A DNA stretch of 64,000 bases from the IMG/VR virus record IMGVR_UViG_3300028592_000004, positions 62,001 through 126,000 of that record; one strand, given 5' to 3'. Below the pieces are notes generated by a model that had not been told where the DNA came from, made no database searches, and saw only the letters and a program-made list of their open reading frames with translations. Both the position numbers and the translations under genes were made by a program. Positions 9,058 to 18,794 of the stretch are shown piece by piece. How positions within the stretch are numbered: the first letter of the stretch is position 1; each line of letters opens with the position of its first letter.

Positions 9058-12000
9058 TCACTTCGCTTTCGGACAGAACTTATCCGGAATGCCCAGAGAC
9101 CGGACCTGGTCCTGGGTGAGCTCCTCACCCCAGTGCGTCATAATCTCGGCATCAAAGCCGAAATGGTAGGGCTTGGCGATCTCAATGTCGTCTCCGTGCA
9201 GCGTCTTCGGCCACACGTCAACGCCATAGACCAAGCAGGCCGGCAGAACCTCCTCAATCAACCACGGCAACGCCTTCGGGCTCAACTCGAACATCAGGGC
9301 GTCGTGGATCTGCAGCACCAGATGGAACCACTTCTTCGGACGCGACCCGTACTTTTCCCGGTACGCCAGCAAGTTATGGATGCCGATCGAAATCGCGTCC
9401 GCCACCGTCGACTGAATCGGGAAGTTGCAAGCCTGACGCTCCTGCTCAGCCAACTTTGCGCGATCGTCTGTGATCGCGAACCGCCGGTGTCGCATGAACG
9501 GATTGCAGATCCATCCCGGCTCGCTCACGCTGAACTTGCATTCCTCCAGGTACGGATAGGTCTCGGGGTAGAGGGTGAAGTAACCGTCGATCAGGCCCTG
9601 GGCCTCCTCGACTGTCAGCTCCGTCCCTTCTTCCTTCGACTTCCGCGCAATGGCGTCCGGACCAGACTGGTACGGAACACCGAAGTTCACGGTCTTCGCC
9701 CCGGTTCGCAGGTGGAGCTTGTTGATGCTCTTCAGTCCGCTCTTGTTCGGTGGGCAGTTCAGTTTGAACGCGGCCACAGCCGTTTGGGAGTGAAGATCGA
9801 GGTAGTCCTTGTGGTCCTCTGGCAGCAAGTTCCGCGACACGTCCGAGATCATCCGCGGATCCTGCGAAAGCCATGCCATCACGCACAGCTCCGCCGACTT
9901 CAAGTCGACTTCGACCAGGATCTTTCCGGGCGACGCACAGAGCATGCTCCGAATCGGGAAGGTGTACTTCGGGCCGACGATACGGGCATAGTCGCCCTCT
10001 CGCCGTTTTGAATTCCCGCAGATTGAAATCTTCCCCTCGCGGCGAACCACCAAATACGACGTCGGCACCTCCACGCAGTACACCGGACCCGAAAACGATT
10101 CGACAGTCTTCCTGATCGTCGACGTGAGCGTTGTGTTGCTCTTCATCGCCCGAACCCGATCGCTGTCGGCGTTGACGACGGCCTGCAGATTGTTCAGCGC
10201 GAAGATCGTCTGGACCCAGACCACCTGATCCTCATCAGCGGTGGTAAAGTCCCAATGGCGTCCCTTCCGAAACCAACGCTGGATCAGCTTCGGCAGAGCT
10301 GCAAATACCTCAGCCCGAAGCTGGAACACCCAGGAGCCGAATTCCAAGCCGGTCTTCGCCGCAAGATCACAGAGCCCCGGACTGTCCTCAAACTCGAAGA
10401 TCACCTGACGGTTCTCGCGAGTGAAGCGGTGTCGGAAGCCACTGAGGAAGGACAGGGCGGTGACGAGAGGTGTGATCAGATTGGACGCACAGGGAAGCGA
10501 AATTTTTCCGTTTCCCTTGGCGTCAAACTCCCCATAGCGCAGGAACGCCAGGAGAACGGTCAGAGATTCCGGCGAAAGCTCGACAGCCTCGGCTGGATCG
10601 ACCCCCTTGTACTGACCGCTGTGGAGATGAAGAAACCGCCAGTCTGTAGGGAAGTCCTTTGCTTCCACCTCACGAACACCGCCCTCATCGGTCCGGACAA
10701 GGCACCGGTGATTCGGCGTCACCCGAAGCGAGGTCGATCGAGACTCCAGTCGAACCAGATCGCCACGGTGGCTGAACTTCAGCAGATTCGTCTTGGCGAA
10801 GGAGATCTCACCCGTCTCGGAATCGTACTGAGCCACATGGAACGGTTTGCTCTTCGGCAGGTCGCAGACACGGCGCCAGCCGTCAGGCGTCAGAAACTCC
10901 GTGAAGTCGTCATAGCAGAGGTTCTGTAGATTCGGCCGGCTGGACGACACCCGTCCCGTTTCCACGGGATAGAAGTGCGTTCGCACACGACCGTCTGAGG
11001 CCACCGCAGCGAGCAGACCACCGGGGAAGACTTCGAAGTCGTCTTCGACGATGACCTGGCCCATGTCGTCCGTCTTTGGCGGGCGGAGCACACCCTTGAG
11101 CACCTGCGACACGAATCGGACGTCACGGAGCAAGCCGACCGTACCAGAGGTGTCCTGGTACGAGAGGATCCCCAGAACTTCCTTGTCGGTGCTGGGTGCG
11201 TACTCATGGGTCTTCTTCTGCTTGACAATCTTCTCCCAAGGCTGGGGACGCTTCCCCGCGGCCTTGATCGGAGTGAACTTCAGCGATTTGACCGTGAGCG
11301 GCAGGAACCGTTTTGCACCCTGAGTGCCGTTGTACTCCTCACCAAACAGCAGCTCGCGACACTGTGGCGCCGAGTTCGCATTGAACTCGTCGTATCTCAC
11401 CTTGTTCCGAAGCTCCTGCAGTTTGATGTCCTTCGCCTCCATGAAGATCTTCGTCAGGTAGCTGCCTCGCTCGCGGTCGACGTTCAGCCCACGCATCTCC
11501 ATCTCCAGGTAACCCGGGGAGGACATCATCGTGTGCAGGAACGCCTGACGAGAGCTACGACCGTACCGATCCTTGTCGAGCATGCCGGGCTTCTTGCCGC
11601 GGCCGTTGTACGCGCTGAACAGCCGACGTGTCCCGTCAGCGTCGTACATGCCGTAGGGATGAAGAATCCAGTTCGGACACTCGCCATATCCCTCCATGTT
11701 CTTCGCGGTCAGGTTATGCTTCTTGCAGAACCACTCCTTCCACTTCTGCAGAGCGTGGTCATACCGCGGCGTACCGACGTGCCGGACACACAGCGTCTCC
11801 AGCTTGAACTCGGCCGTCTCGCAGTGCGCATGCGCTGCAGCTCCTGTGTCGAAACCGCCGGACCACTTCGTCTGCTCTCCGCGCTCTTCGTCCGTGGCAT
11901 CATCATCAATCAGGTCGACCGCGAACTCGTCGCGAATGTCGATCCCGATGCTGAGGAGCCACGGAATGTCGGCACGGAGGAAGTGGCCGATGATCCGGAC

Positions 12001-13146
12001 CTTCCGCTTCTTCGTCGATTTCAGCAGACGATTGAGGTGATAGACAGCACGCGACAGCCCAGGCCGAAACGCGGGAACGCCACCCTGACTATGCAGGACC
12101 ACACAGACCGCCGACTTCGGCTTGTGGGAGAACTGGATGGTACGCAGGTAGGCTCCGGCGTCCTGGGGTCTCTCTCCGTGCCACTCGGCGTCGATTGCGA
12201 TGTTGAGCGACTCAGGATCCGGGTCGTTGATGATCTCGTCGACGATTGCTTCCAGATGGCGCTCCTTGAAGCACACAACGTGGCGAATGTCGTCTTCGAC
12301 GCGACCAGCGTACTTGCCGTTGACCAGGCCCCAGAACTGAGCCAAACCGTCGCGATGGTTTTCGTACTGCTCCGGTTGATGGAACACCGCAGACGGATGC
12401 GTAACGACCATCACCTTGGCCGTGTGGTATTTCGGCTCTTCGCCTTCCTGGTGCAGCGGGATGTTGTAGTCGGCGGTCATGCCGAACATCGTCCCAACGG
12501 CACCCGTCTTCCCGAGGAGCAGCTTGCCGGCCTCCGAACCGAAGCACAGGATGAACTTCGGCAGGATCAGCCGCATCTCCATTTCCAGGAGAGGCCGACA
12601 GTTCTTGACCCAATCCGTGGCCAAACCATCCGACGCCGGGTCGAGCTTCATGTGGTGGCAGATGTTGGTGACGTACCAGTTCTGCCAGTCCTCCGGCGGG
12701 ATCTGCACTTCGTCCAGAGCCCGATAGAGGTCAGACGCAGCCTGCCCAACGAAGTTCCGAAACTTGTCCACCTCGTCGATGCCGGGATGCTTGCCGATCA
12801 CCATCACGTCCGCCGGCCGCGGGCCATCCGGGTTTTCTTGTCCCCAGATATGGCCCGCGACGAACGGGACGTCTTTCACTGTCCGGGTCTTCTTGACCAC
12901 GATGTCCAGACAGAACTCGGGGTCGTACAAAGCTCGCCGGTACAGGTACTCCAGCCACTTGCCGTTTTCAACGACACGCTTCTTGTCGGACTTCCCATCC
13001 ACCTTGAGGGGAGCATCCCCGAGCAACTCTGCCGCACGAACAAAGTCCGGACCAGGCAGAGGCATCCCAGGCGCCGTGAACGGCACAATGGGGAACTCCT
13101 CCTCATCCATGAAGGGGAGGTCATTCTTGTCTGCTTTGGCAATCAT
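9058..13146 (-). CDS. polA: family A DNA polymerase with N-terminal UDG-like domain, 3'-5' exonuclease and an intein (SPO1-type architecture)
   Basis: UDG-like VMVIGKHPG..E...FVG and HPSAV; Exo IDAEW and YGMYDA; GRVSSSRPNLQN; motif A VDLKSAEL, motif B RTGAKTVNFGVPY, motif C LQIHDAL. Confidence 0.92.
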   Translation of the reverse strand: MIAKADKNDLPFMDEEEFPIVPFTAPGMPLPGPDFVRAAELLGDAPLKVDGKSDKKRVVENGKWLEYLYRRALYDPEFCLDIVVKKTRTVKDVPFVAGHIWGQENPDGPRPADVMVIGKHPGIDEVDKFRNFVGQAASDLYRALDEVQIPPEDWQNWYVTNICHHMKLDPASDGLATDWVKNCRPLLEMEMRLILPKFILCFGSEAGKLLLGKTGAVGTMFGMTADYNIPLHQEGEEPKYHTAKVMVVTHPSAVFHQPEQYENHRDGLAQFWGLVNGKYAGRVEDDIRHVVCFKERHLEAIVDEIINDPDPESLNIAIDAEWHGERPQDAGAYLRTIQFSHKPKSAVCVVLHSQGGVPAFRPGLSRAVYHLNRLLKSTKKRKVRIIGHFLRADIPWLLSIGIDIRDEFAVDLIDDDATDEERGEQTKWSGGFDTGAAAHAHCETAEFKLETLCVRHVGTPRYDHALQKWKEWFCKKHNLTAKNMEGYGECPNWILHPYGMYDADGTRRLFSAYNGRGKKPGMLDKDRYGRSSRQAFLHTMMSSPGYLEMEMRGLNVDRERGSYLTKIFMEAKDIKLQELRNKVRYDEFNANSAPQCRELLFGEEYNGTQGAKRFLPLTVKSLKFTPIKAAGKRPQPWEKIVKQKKTHEYAPSTDKEVLGILSYQDTSGTVGLLRDVRFVSQVLKGVLRPPKTDDMGQVIVEDDFEVFPGGLLAAVASDGRVRTHFYPVETGRVSSSRPNLQNLCYDDFTEFLTPDGWRRVCDLPKSKPFHVAQYDSETGEISFAKTNLLKFSHRGDLVRLESRSTSLRVTPNHRCLVRTDEGGVREVEAKDFPTDWRFLHLHSGQYKGVDPAEAVELSPESLTVLLAFLRYGEFDAKGNGKISLPCASNLITPLVTALSFLSGFRHRFTRENRQVIFEFEDSPGLCDLAAKTGLEFGSWVFQLRAEVFAALPKLIQRWFRKGRHWDFTTADEDQVVWVQTIFALNNLQAVVNADSDRVRAMKSNTTLTSTIRKTVESFSGPVYCVEVPTSYLVVRREGKISICGNSKRREGDYARIVGPKYTFPIRSMLCASPGKILVEVDLKSAELCVMAWLSQDPRMISDVSRNLLPEDHKDYLDLHSQTAVAAFKLNCPPNKSGLKSINKLHLRTGAKTVNFGVPYQSGPDAIARKSKEEGTELTVEEAQGLIDGYFTLYPETYPYLEECKFSVSEPGWICNPFMRHRRFAITDDRAKLAEQERQACNFPIQSTVADAISIGIHNLLAYREKYGSRPKKWFHLVLQIHDALMFELSPKALPWLIEEVLPACLVYGVDVWPKTLHGDDIEIAKPYHFGFDAEIMTHWGEELTQDQVRSLGIPDKFCPKAK
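10012..10917 (-). mobile_element. intein (~302 aa) in DNA polymerase with probably degenerate LAGLIDADG core
   Basis: Starts CYDDFTEFLTPDGW directly after PNLQNL; ends VYCVEVPTSYLVVRREGKISICGN followed by Ser. Confidence 0.9.
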
Positions 13147-14258
13147 GCAGCGCGATACCTTTCAAGGTCGAAGCCAGCCCGACTGGCGCTCGTTTCCGCC
13201 AACTCCCAGAAGAAGTCGCGGTCGATATCGCCAGGGTCGTGGTTGTCGGGAAGGGAGACATTGCAGATGCGATCATGCACGTGAGGACGCAGCTCCCGAA
13301 GCGTCCCCTCTACGTTGTCCTGAGCATCAGGGTCCAGAGCTACGACGATCGCACACTCGCCATCGAGTTGACCAGCCCACTGCCGGATGAGCGACAGGTG
13401 CTGAGCGGACAGCTTCTTGCCGAGGAGAGCAATCCCGTGCTCGGGACTAGCGTTCCACACGCCCGGCGCCCCTTCAACGATAACGAGCAGGGGCGTCCGA
13501 GAAGCGTGGTCCCAGTTGTAGAGCATCTTGCCCTTGGGCATACCCGGCATCCCGTAGTACTTCGGAATGACGGACCAGTTCTTCTCGCCCACGAACCGTC
13601 CCTGCCAGCCGACCCGCATCCCGTTCATATAGATGGGAATGATCAGCCGGCTGTCGCACGGAGCCCAACGATCGTCAGCCTCAGTGCAGAAACCGAGCAT
13701 GAACCGTCGCGAGACGTTCCACACATCGAATCCGCGGCTGGCCATGTACTTGAAGGCTTCGTGGTCTCGATCGAGTTTGTGGAGCGGGGTCACCGCACCA
13801 GGCAGGTCGACATAGGAGAGCTTCCGGCGATCCGTATCCGGCTTCTCCCCCTCTTCAACGCGGATCTTGCTTCGCACATTGCGGTTGACGTGCGCGAAGA
13901 CCGCCTCATTGAGCAGAGTCCGATTCTTCGTCTCCAGCATGCACTCTTCGTTGTAGCACCAGGCGACCCACCAGAGTGTCCGCCGCTCCCCGTTGTCCTG
14001 CCAGGGCTCCTCCAGTCCGTACCGATGGTTCACCCACAACCGCTTGCGGGTATCGTTACAGAATGGGCAGTTGACGCGGTAGTACTCGCCACTGGAGACG
14101 ATTTCCAACCGCATCTCATTCAACACTGGATCTCGCTTCCGAACGGCGACCATCGCCTGCCGTTCGTTTGCGACGATGATCTCCCCGAACCTGCGTTTCA
14201 GCCTTCCGTAGAGGAAGGAGTTCAGGGGCTTCGCAGTCTCCATCAGATCCCACTCCAC
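13143..14258 (-). CDS. DNA primase (Zn finger + TOPRIM)
   Basis: CPFCND, WC..EEC, LIIPIY..G..VGWQGR, VIVEGAPG, VVALDPDA. Confidence 0.85.
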   Translation of the reverse strand: MEWDLMETAKPLNSFLYGRLKRRFGEIIVANERQAMVAVRKRDPVLNEMRLEIVSSGEYYRVNCPFCNDTRKRLWVNHRYGLEEPWQDNGERRTLWWVAWCYNEECMLETKNRTLLNEAVFAHVNRNVRSKIRVEEGEKPDTDRRKLSYVDLPGAVTPLHKLDRDHEAFKYMASRGFDVWNVSRRFMLGFCTEADDRWAPCDSRLIIPIYMNGMRVGWQGRFVGEKNWSVIPKYYGMPGMPKGKMLYNWDHASRTPLLVIVEGAPGVWNASPEHGIALLGKKLSAQHLSLIRQWAGQLDGECAIVVALDPDAQDNVEGTLRELRPHVHDRICNVSLPDNHDPGDIDRDFFWELAETSASRAGFDLERYRAA

Positions 14259-15982
14259 GGTGTGCTGTCGTCAGTCGAACTTTCGGTGCGGCGCCGCCGG
14301 GTTCGCCCAGCTCGCCGGTGCCGTTCGCTCGGCCCGGAGTCCTCGTCATCGTCGATCACGCCGTGGATCGACTCAAAGGAGGTCCGCGGCACAATCTGGT
14401 TCGCTTCGTGGTCCAGAACGTACGCGTTCCGAACATCAAGCACGCGAGCGAACGCCCCGTCGAGGAGCATAAGAGTCTCTTGGCCGTCCGTTCCGGCACG
14501 GCGCGCCTTCGTACACTGCACCCGAGCTACACGGGTCTGCGGGTCCTTTTGCCCGATGCAGATACAGAAGTCGCAGTTTTCGCCGAAGGCTTTCGCGCCG
14601 CCGGCATCAGTGTGGTGCATGTCCCGGGTGGGGCCACGCTTGTTAGCCTCCCCGGTGTACTGGTGCAGCAACCAGAGCGGGGAGTTGAAGCGACGAGCAA
14701 CAGCCTTGCACTGCAAGGGCAGGCGGTTGATCGCCGCGTACATGTCAGAGGTCGTGTGCTGCTTGTTGGAGGCTTCGAGATGCCGGCGGGCCAGGGTGCC
14801 TGCGTAGTCAACGATGATGATCCCTGGTTCGACGCCGAGTTGATGGATGTCGCGCTCAATGATGCCTGCGATCTCATCCACGCCGCCAAAGCCGCGGCCA
14901 TCTGCACCCATGTCCCGAATCTGACAATTCTGGTTCAGTTCAGTCATGGCCTGTTGAGCACGTTCGTACTCACCGAGCATCAGGCTTTCATCGGCGTCGT
15001 CGATTCCGGCGAGCGCCATCTGCCAGTATTCCTGCTCGTACGGCTCCAGCTCGCTGCCGGTCCGTGTCAGGGTCTCCCAATCCGTATCTGCCTCCAGCCG
15101 ATCACGAAGGATGTGAGCGGCATTGGACAGGAGCCGAACGCGATACGCGTCGAGTCCGTCCTCATATCCGAAGTAGTAGGCATGCTTCAGCGGAGCTCCC
15201 GTCTCAAGATGCTCCTGCAGAAACGCCCGCGCCGATGCCACAGCCAACGCCAAGGCAATCGTCGTCTTTCCACCACCGTACGGTCCCAGGAGTCCGAAGA
15301 CTTCGCCAGGAATCTGTCCTCCGTTCAGGAACGCGTCCAGGAACGTGAGGTAGGTTGGCAGCCCGATCAGTCGCTTGGGCGACCAGTTCTTCGGGAAGAG
15401 CTCCTTGTTACTGCCCCGTACATCCAGCGATTCCACCAGCTGAGCCGAGATCTGTGCGGTCGCCAGGAACTGGCTGAGGTTCCGCGGAGTACTCTCGTGC
15501 AGCTGATCGTCGGTCAAAACCCGCCGCAGCGGATCCATCACGGCGTGTTTGGTCATGAACCGCTTCAACAGTTGCGCACCGTAGTCGTACTGAACATCCT
15601 CAGCGGCAATCCGCTTGAAGGCGTGAAACAGCAGACCAGGCTTCTTCTTGTTGGACGAGCGAGGGTCGTCCAGCAGCTTCGCAATCAGACGGCTGTCGAT
15701 CGCCGAATCCGAGTCATTCAGCAGGGACTCCACTTCATCGCGAACTGCGAGGTAGCGGATCCCGGGCTCCCCATACTCCTCCATCAGATCGCCGAGAGCG
15801 GTCCACAGGACGGCATACTCCGGGTGACCGGCGTCGTCCCAGTGGTGCGACTCGACCGTTCCGAGTGCTTGCCGCAGAAGCGACGGCATTCGAACCAGAT
15901 GGATGATCAGGGTCTGGAGCTCGCGATCGGTGATGTTGCGAGTGAGCCGCAGTTCCCTCTTTGCGTCCTCAATTCCCGCCAT
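14243..15982 (-). CDS. dnaB: DnaB-like replicative helicase (SF4)
   Basis: GPYGGGKTT Walker A, IIVDYAG Walker B, WLLHQ, KARR arginine finger; adjacent to primase. Confidence 0.85.
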   Translation of the reverse strand: MAGIEDAKRELRLTRNITDRELQTLIIHLVRMPSLLRQALGTVESHHWDDAGHPEYAVLWTALGDLMEEYGEPGIRYLAVRDEVESLLNDSDSAIDSRLIAKLLDDPRSSNKKKPGLLFHAFKRIAAEDVQYDYGAQLLKRFMTKHAVMDPLRRVLTDDQLHESTPRNLSQFLATAQISAQLVESLDVRGSNKELFPKNWSPKRLIGLPTYLTFLDAFLNGGQIPGEVFGLLGPYGGGKTTIALALAVASARAFLQEHLETGAPLKHAYYFGYEDGLDAYRVRLLSNAAHILRDRLEADTDWETLTRTGSELEPYEQEYWQMALAGIDDADESLMLGEYERAQQAMTELNQNCQIRDMGADGRGFGGVDEIAGIIERDIHQLGVEPGIIIVDYAGTLARRHLEASNKQHTTSDMYAAINRLPLQCKAVARRFNSPLWLLHQYTGEANKRGPTRDMHHTDAGGAKAFGENCDFCICIGQKDPQTRVARVQCTKARRAGTDGQETLMLLDGAFARVLDVRNAYVLDHEANQIVPRTSFESIHGVIDDDEDSGPSERHRRAGRTRRRRTESSTDDSTPWSGI

Positions 15983-16754
15983 AGCGCTTAGCTCCTTGCT
16001 GCAAGTTGCGTCGTGCAGCGTCGCGAAGGACCTTCGGAATCAAGTCGCCCCAGATCTGGTCGTACTGATCCCGCAGTGGTGTGTATTCGAGCAGAGCCGC
16101 GTTCTGAAACTGGGCCGCGATCTTGGCGTAGTTGCCAGCGTAGGCCATGCAGTATCGGAACAGCGGAGACAGCTCAATGCGGATGTCGAGCAGGGCGCGG
16201 ATCGCAGCCTGTTCTTCATCCATGTGATGATGCAGCGTGTTGAGCGAGAACCGCTGCCGAAGCAAGCGGTCGCACATCTCCAGCTTGCGCTGAAGCTCGT
16301 CCGGCACCCGACGCATCTCGTCTTCGTAGAGACCGAGCGCCTGAGCCGACATCAGATGGTTGACCTGAGGCGGCGTCGGTGAACGCCACTTCCGGAAAAT
16401 GCACTGCATGTATGGCAGCGGCTCGATCTGCCGATCCAGGAAAAAGTCCGCCAGCCGCAACATGGGCGACGGGACGTGGACCCTTCGATCAGAGATGTAG
16501 CCACCGTAGAGTTGAAGCTCCGTCCCCTTCTGGCCGTACGTGGATTCCTTGCCCGTCCGCGCGTAGTAAAACTCCCGGACCATCGAAGCGTACAGCCTCT
16601 GGAGCTGGACCACGAACGGATGCGACGTTCCGTCATCGTATTCATCGGACGAAGAGGAGTTTTTGACGGCCCGTGAGGTTCGGCCACCGCTGCTCGTATC
16701 CCTTCTTCCGGTAGATCCTCTTCCGCGTTTCGCCGGCACGTTTGAACCCCTCAT
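15969..16754 (-). CDS. hypothetical protein (start uncertain)
   Basis: Open frame between the two helicase genes; helicase-loader role possible from position only. Confidence 0.55.
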   Translation of the reverse strand: MRGSNVPAKRGRGSTGRRDTSSGGRTSRAVKNSSSSDEYDDGTSHPFVVQLQRLYASMVREFYYARTGKESTYGQKGTELQLYGGYISDRRVHVPSPMLRLADFFLDRQIEPLPYMQCIFRKWRSPTPPQVNHLMSAQALGLYEDEMRRVPDELQRKLEMCDRLLRQRFSLNTLHHHMDEEQAAIRALLDIRIELSPLFRYCMAYAGNYAKIAAQFQNAALLEYTPLRDQYDQIWGDLIPKVLRDAARRNLQQGAKRYGGN

Positions 16755-18189
16755 CCCAGAGATCGACAAAGTCGTCCAGTTCCCCAATCTGCTTTCCACT
16801 GTCCGGGTCGAGTCGATCGACACGGCCAGGCAACTGTTCGTCGTAGATCTCGCTTCCATTTCGAGCGTCAGCTCGACTGATCCTTGCCAGCTGCTCAAAG
16901 CTCACACCCTGAGACCAGCAGTTGGTCGAGATAACCTTCTTGAGCGTCCCGCGACGGAAGTCCTTGTACATCTCCTCGCGGTCGACTTCGGTCAGCTTGA
17001 CGTAGTCCTCCGGCAGGAGGCCCATCTTGTAGAACTTCTCCTGCTTCTTCCGATCGAGCGTGGAGTACATCAAGCTGTAGTGCGGCAGCATCTCGTGCAG
17101 GTGCAGGACATGCTCCAGAGCGTCGCACATGATGAGATGTTGCGACTTGGCCGGGATGCTTCGGGCGACGTTTGCAATCGCCTGATTGCGGAACTCATTC
17201 CGCCAGATCCCGAACCGTTTGGCCTCAATGCCCATCATCCGAGACCCGTCGCTGCCAACGATCGGGTTGTACCTCGAATGGACGTTGTGCCAGTTGACGA
17301 CAATCGGCAAGACGAGGCCCATGTCGCGGGCCTCAGCGTAGCGGATCGAGAAGATCTGCCGGCCGAATATCGCTTCGATGCGGATGTCCGTGCCGTCCTT
17401 ACGGCCCTCCGGAGTGGCCGTGAAGCCGAAGCATCGAGCCGAGCCTGTAATCTGAGCAAGGGACTCCGCGTGCTTGTCAGACACCAGAGCATGCACCTCG
17501 TCCACGATCAGGATGTCGATCTCCTCCTCATCCAGATGGTGCATCGAGTCTGCGCTGCAGACTGTGACGCGTCCCCGGCTCTTCTCGGTGCCGGTGATCA
17601 TCCCGACCGATGGCAGATACTCACACAGGTGGGAGTACGTCTTTCGAACGTTCGCCAGCCCGGGAATAACGATCGCGATCTTGGCCCAGCGGTACGCCAG
17701 GCAGAACGCCGCGAAACCATAGCTCTTACCGAAACCAGCCGCAGCGACAAGCACGCCGCACTCGTTGTCGATCATCGCCGCCAGCATCTCATCCTGGCGT
17801 TCCTTGAATTCGAAGTTCGCGACACAGTGCTCCAGATCCACCTCGAACGCACGCTTCCGCGGTGAGGGTGGAGTCGAGTCCTGGTAGTCGAGTTCGAAGC
17901 CGTGCCGCTCAATCTCTTCGAAGATGCGGAAGCGGAAGCCAGCAGGACAAAGGAGCCGATCGTTCCGCCCGAAGCGGTACATGTCGACCGCCTCAGTTCG
18001 AACCGGAACGTAGTCCCCTGCCTCTGTGTAGGCCTCTTTCCCATGCAGCGTCTGCACGTAGGTGTAGACGAGCTGGCGCCGCAGCGAAGCGTTCAGATCG
18101 GCCGGCAGGACGCCGCCGTTGTACGACACGTCGAGAGCGTTTTTGCGCCGGCGGACACAAATGGTCTTTGGCAAATTTCCGGTCTCCAT
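16642..18189 (-). CDS. superfamily 2 helicase (UvsW/Rad25-like)
   Basis: AAAGFGKS, IVDEVH, FTATPEGR, STNCWSQGV, QLPGRVDR. Confidence 0.85.
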   Translation of the reverse strand: METGNLPKTICVRRRKNALDVSYNGGVLPADLNASLRRQLVYTYVQTLHGKEAYTEAGDYVPVRTEAVDMYRFGRNDRLLCPAGFRFRIFEEIERHGFELDYQDSTPPSPRKRAFEVDLEHCVANFEFKERQDEMLAAMIDNECGVLVAAAGFGKSYGFAAFCLAYRWAKIAIVIPGLANVRKTYSHLCEYLPSVGMITGTEKSRGRVTVCSADSMHHLDEEEIDILIVDEVHALVSDKHAESLAQITGSARCFGFTATPEGRKDGTDIRIEAIFGRQIFSIRYAEARDMGLVLPIVVNWHNVHSRYNPIVGSDGSRMMGIEAKRFGIWRNEFRNQAIANVARSIPAKSQHLIMCDALEHVLHLHEMLPHYSLMYSTLDRKKQEKFYKMGLLPEDYVKLTEVDREEMYKDFRRGTLKKVISTNCWSQGVSFEQLARISRADARNGSEIYDEQLPGRVDRLDPDSGKQIGELDDFVDLWDEGFKRAGETRKRIYRKKGYEQRWPNLTGRQKLLFVR

Positions 18190-18268
18190 AGATGGAGACG
18201 CGCTTGCCTACGCCCGGTACAGAGTCTAAAGTACCCGCGCACACAGCACGTCCCCACGTCGCTGAAAC

Positions 18269-18299
18269 AGGCCCGGCAAGTTGGTCGCTTGCCGGGCCT
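18269..18299. terminator. perfect 12-bp hairpin downstream of the RAMP gene (terminator or processing site)
   Basis: AGGCCCGGCAAG-ttggtcg-CTTGCCGGGCCT; only short T-tracts on either side. Confidence 0.6.
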
Positions 18300-18302
18300 T
18301 CT

Positions 18303-18794
18303 TTATTGCTCTGCTTGTTCTTCAGCCACTGCTGACAGGTCTATCACCTCGAAGTTTCCGAACTGGCCAGGCTTGTAGGGGCTGATCCCCCTGTACTTGC
18401 CCGCCGTGTTGAGCAGGTCTCGGAGCTGAGCATCCGAGAGTTCCCGCGGTGCCATCAGCCCTATCTCGATCACTGCATCAATCGCGAAAGCCTCGTGGAT
18501 CGCGTACCGCTTCCTCCTCCCGGGTTCGGGGGCCTCTCGCAGGTAACGCCGTAGCTCGCTGACTGGCCCAGATACGACAGGGTCCCAGGACACGTTGCGA
18601 ACGACCGCCTGCGGCAGATTCAATCCTTTGGCTGCGAACAGTGTGATGGCACGCCACCAGGTAGGTGCGAAGAGCACCCGACCCTTGGAATCCCTGGGCA
18701 TACGGAAGACCACTTGCGTACCCTGTTCGGAGCGCACGTCTCCGTAACATGGCTGCAAAAATCGCAGTCTAGCCTTCAACTCCCGCATGACCAT
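18303..18794 (-). CDS. stand-alone RAMP (Cas7/Csm3-like) RNA-binding protein
   Basis: Beta1 RLRFLQPCYG, RDSKGRVLFAPTWW (cf. RD..G.P.IPGSS), HEAF..DAVIEI, and C-terminal G-rich loop AGKYRGISPYKPGQFGNFEV. Confidence 0.65.
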   Translation of the reverse strand: MVMRELKARLRFLQPCYGDVRSEQGTQVVFRMPRDSKGRVLFAPTWWRAITLFAAKGLNLPQAVVRNVSWDPVVSGPVSELRRYLREAPEPGRRKRYAIHEAFAIDAVIEIGLMAPRELSDAQLRDLLNTAGKYRGISPYKPGQFGNFEVIDLSAVAEEQAEQ

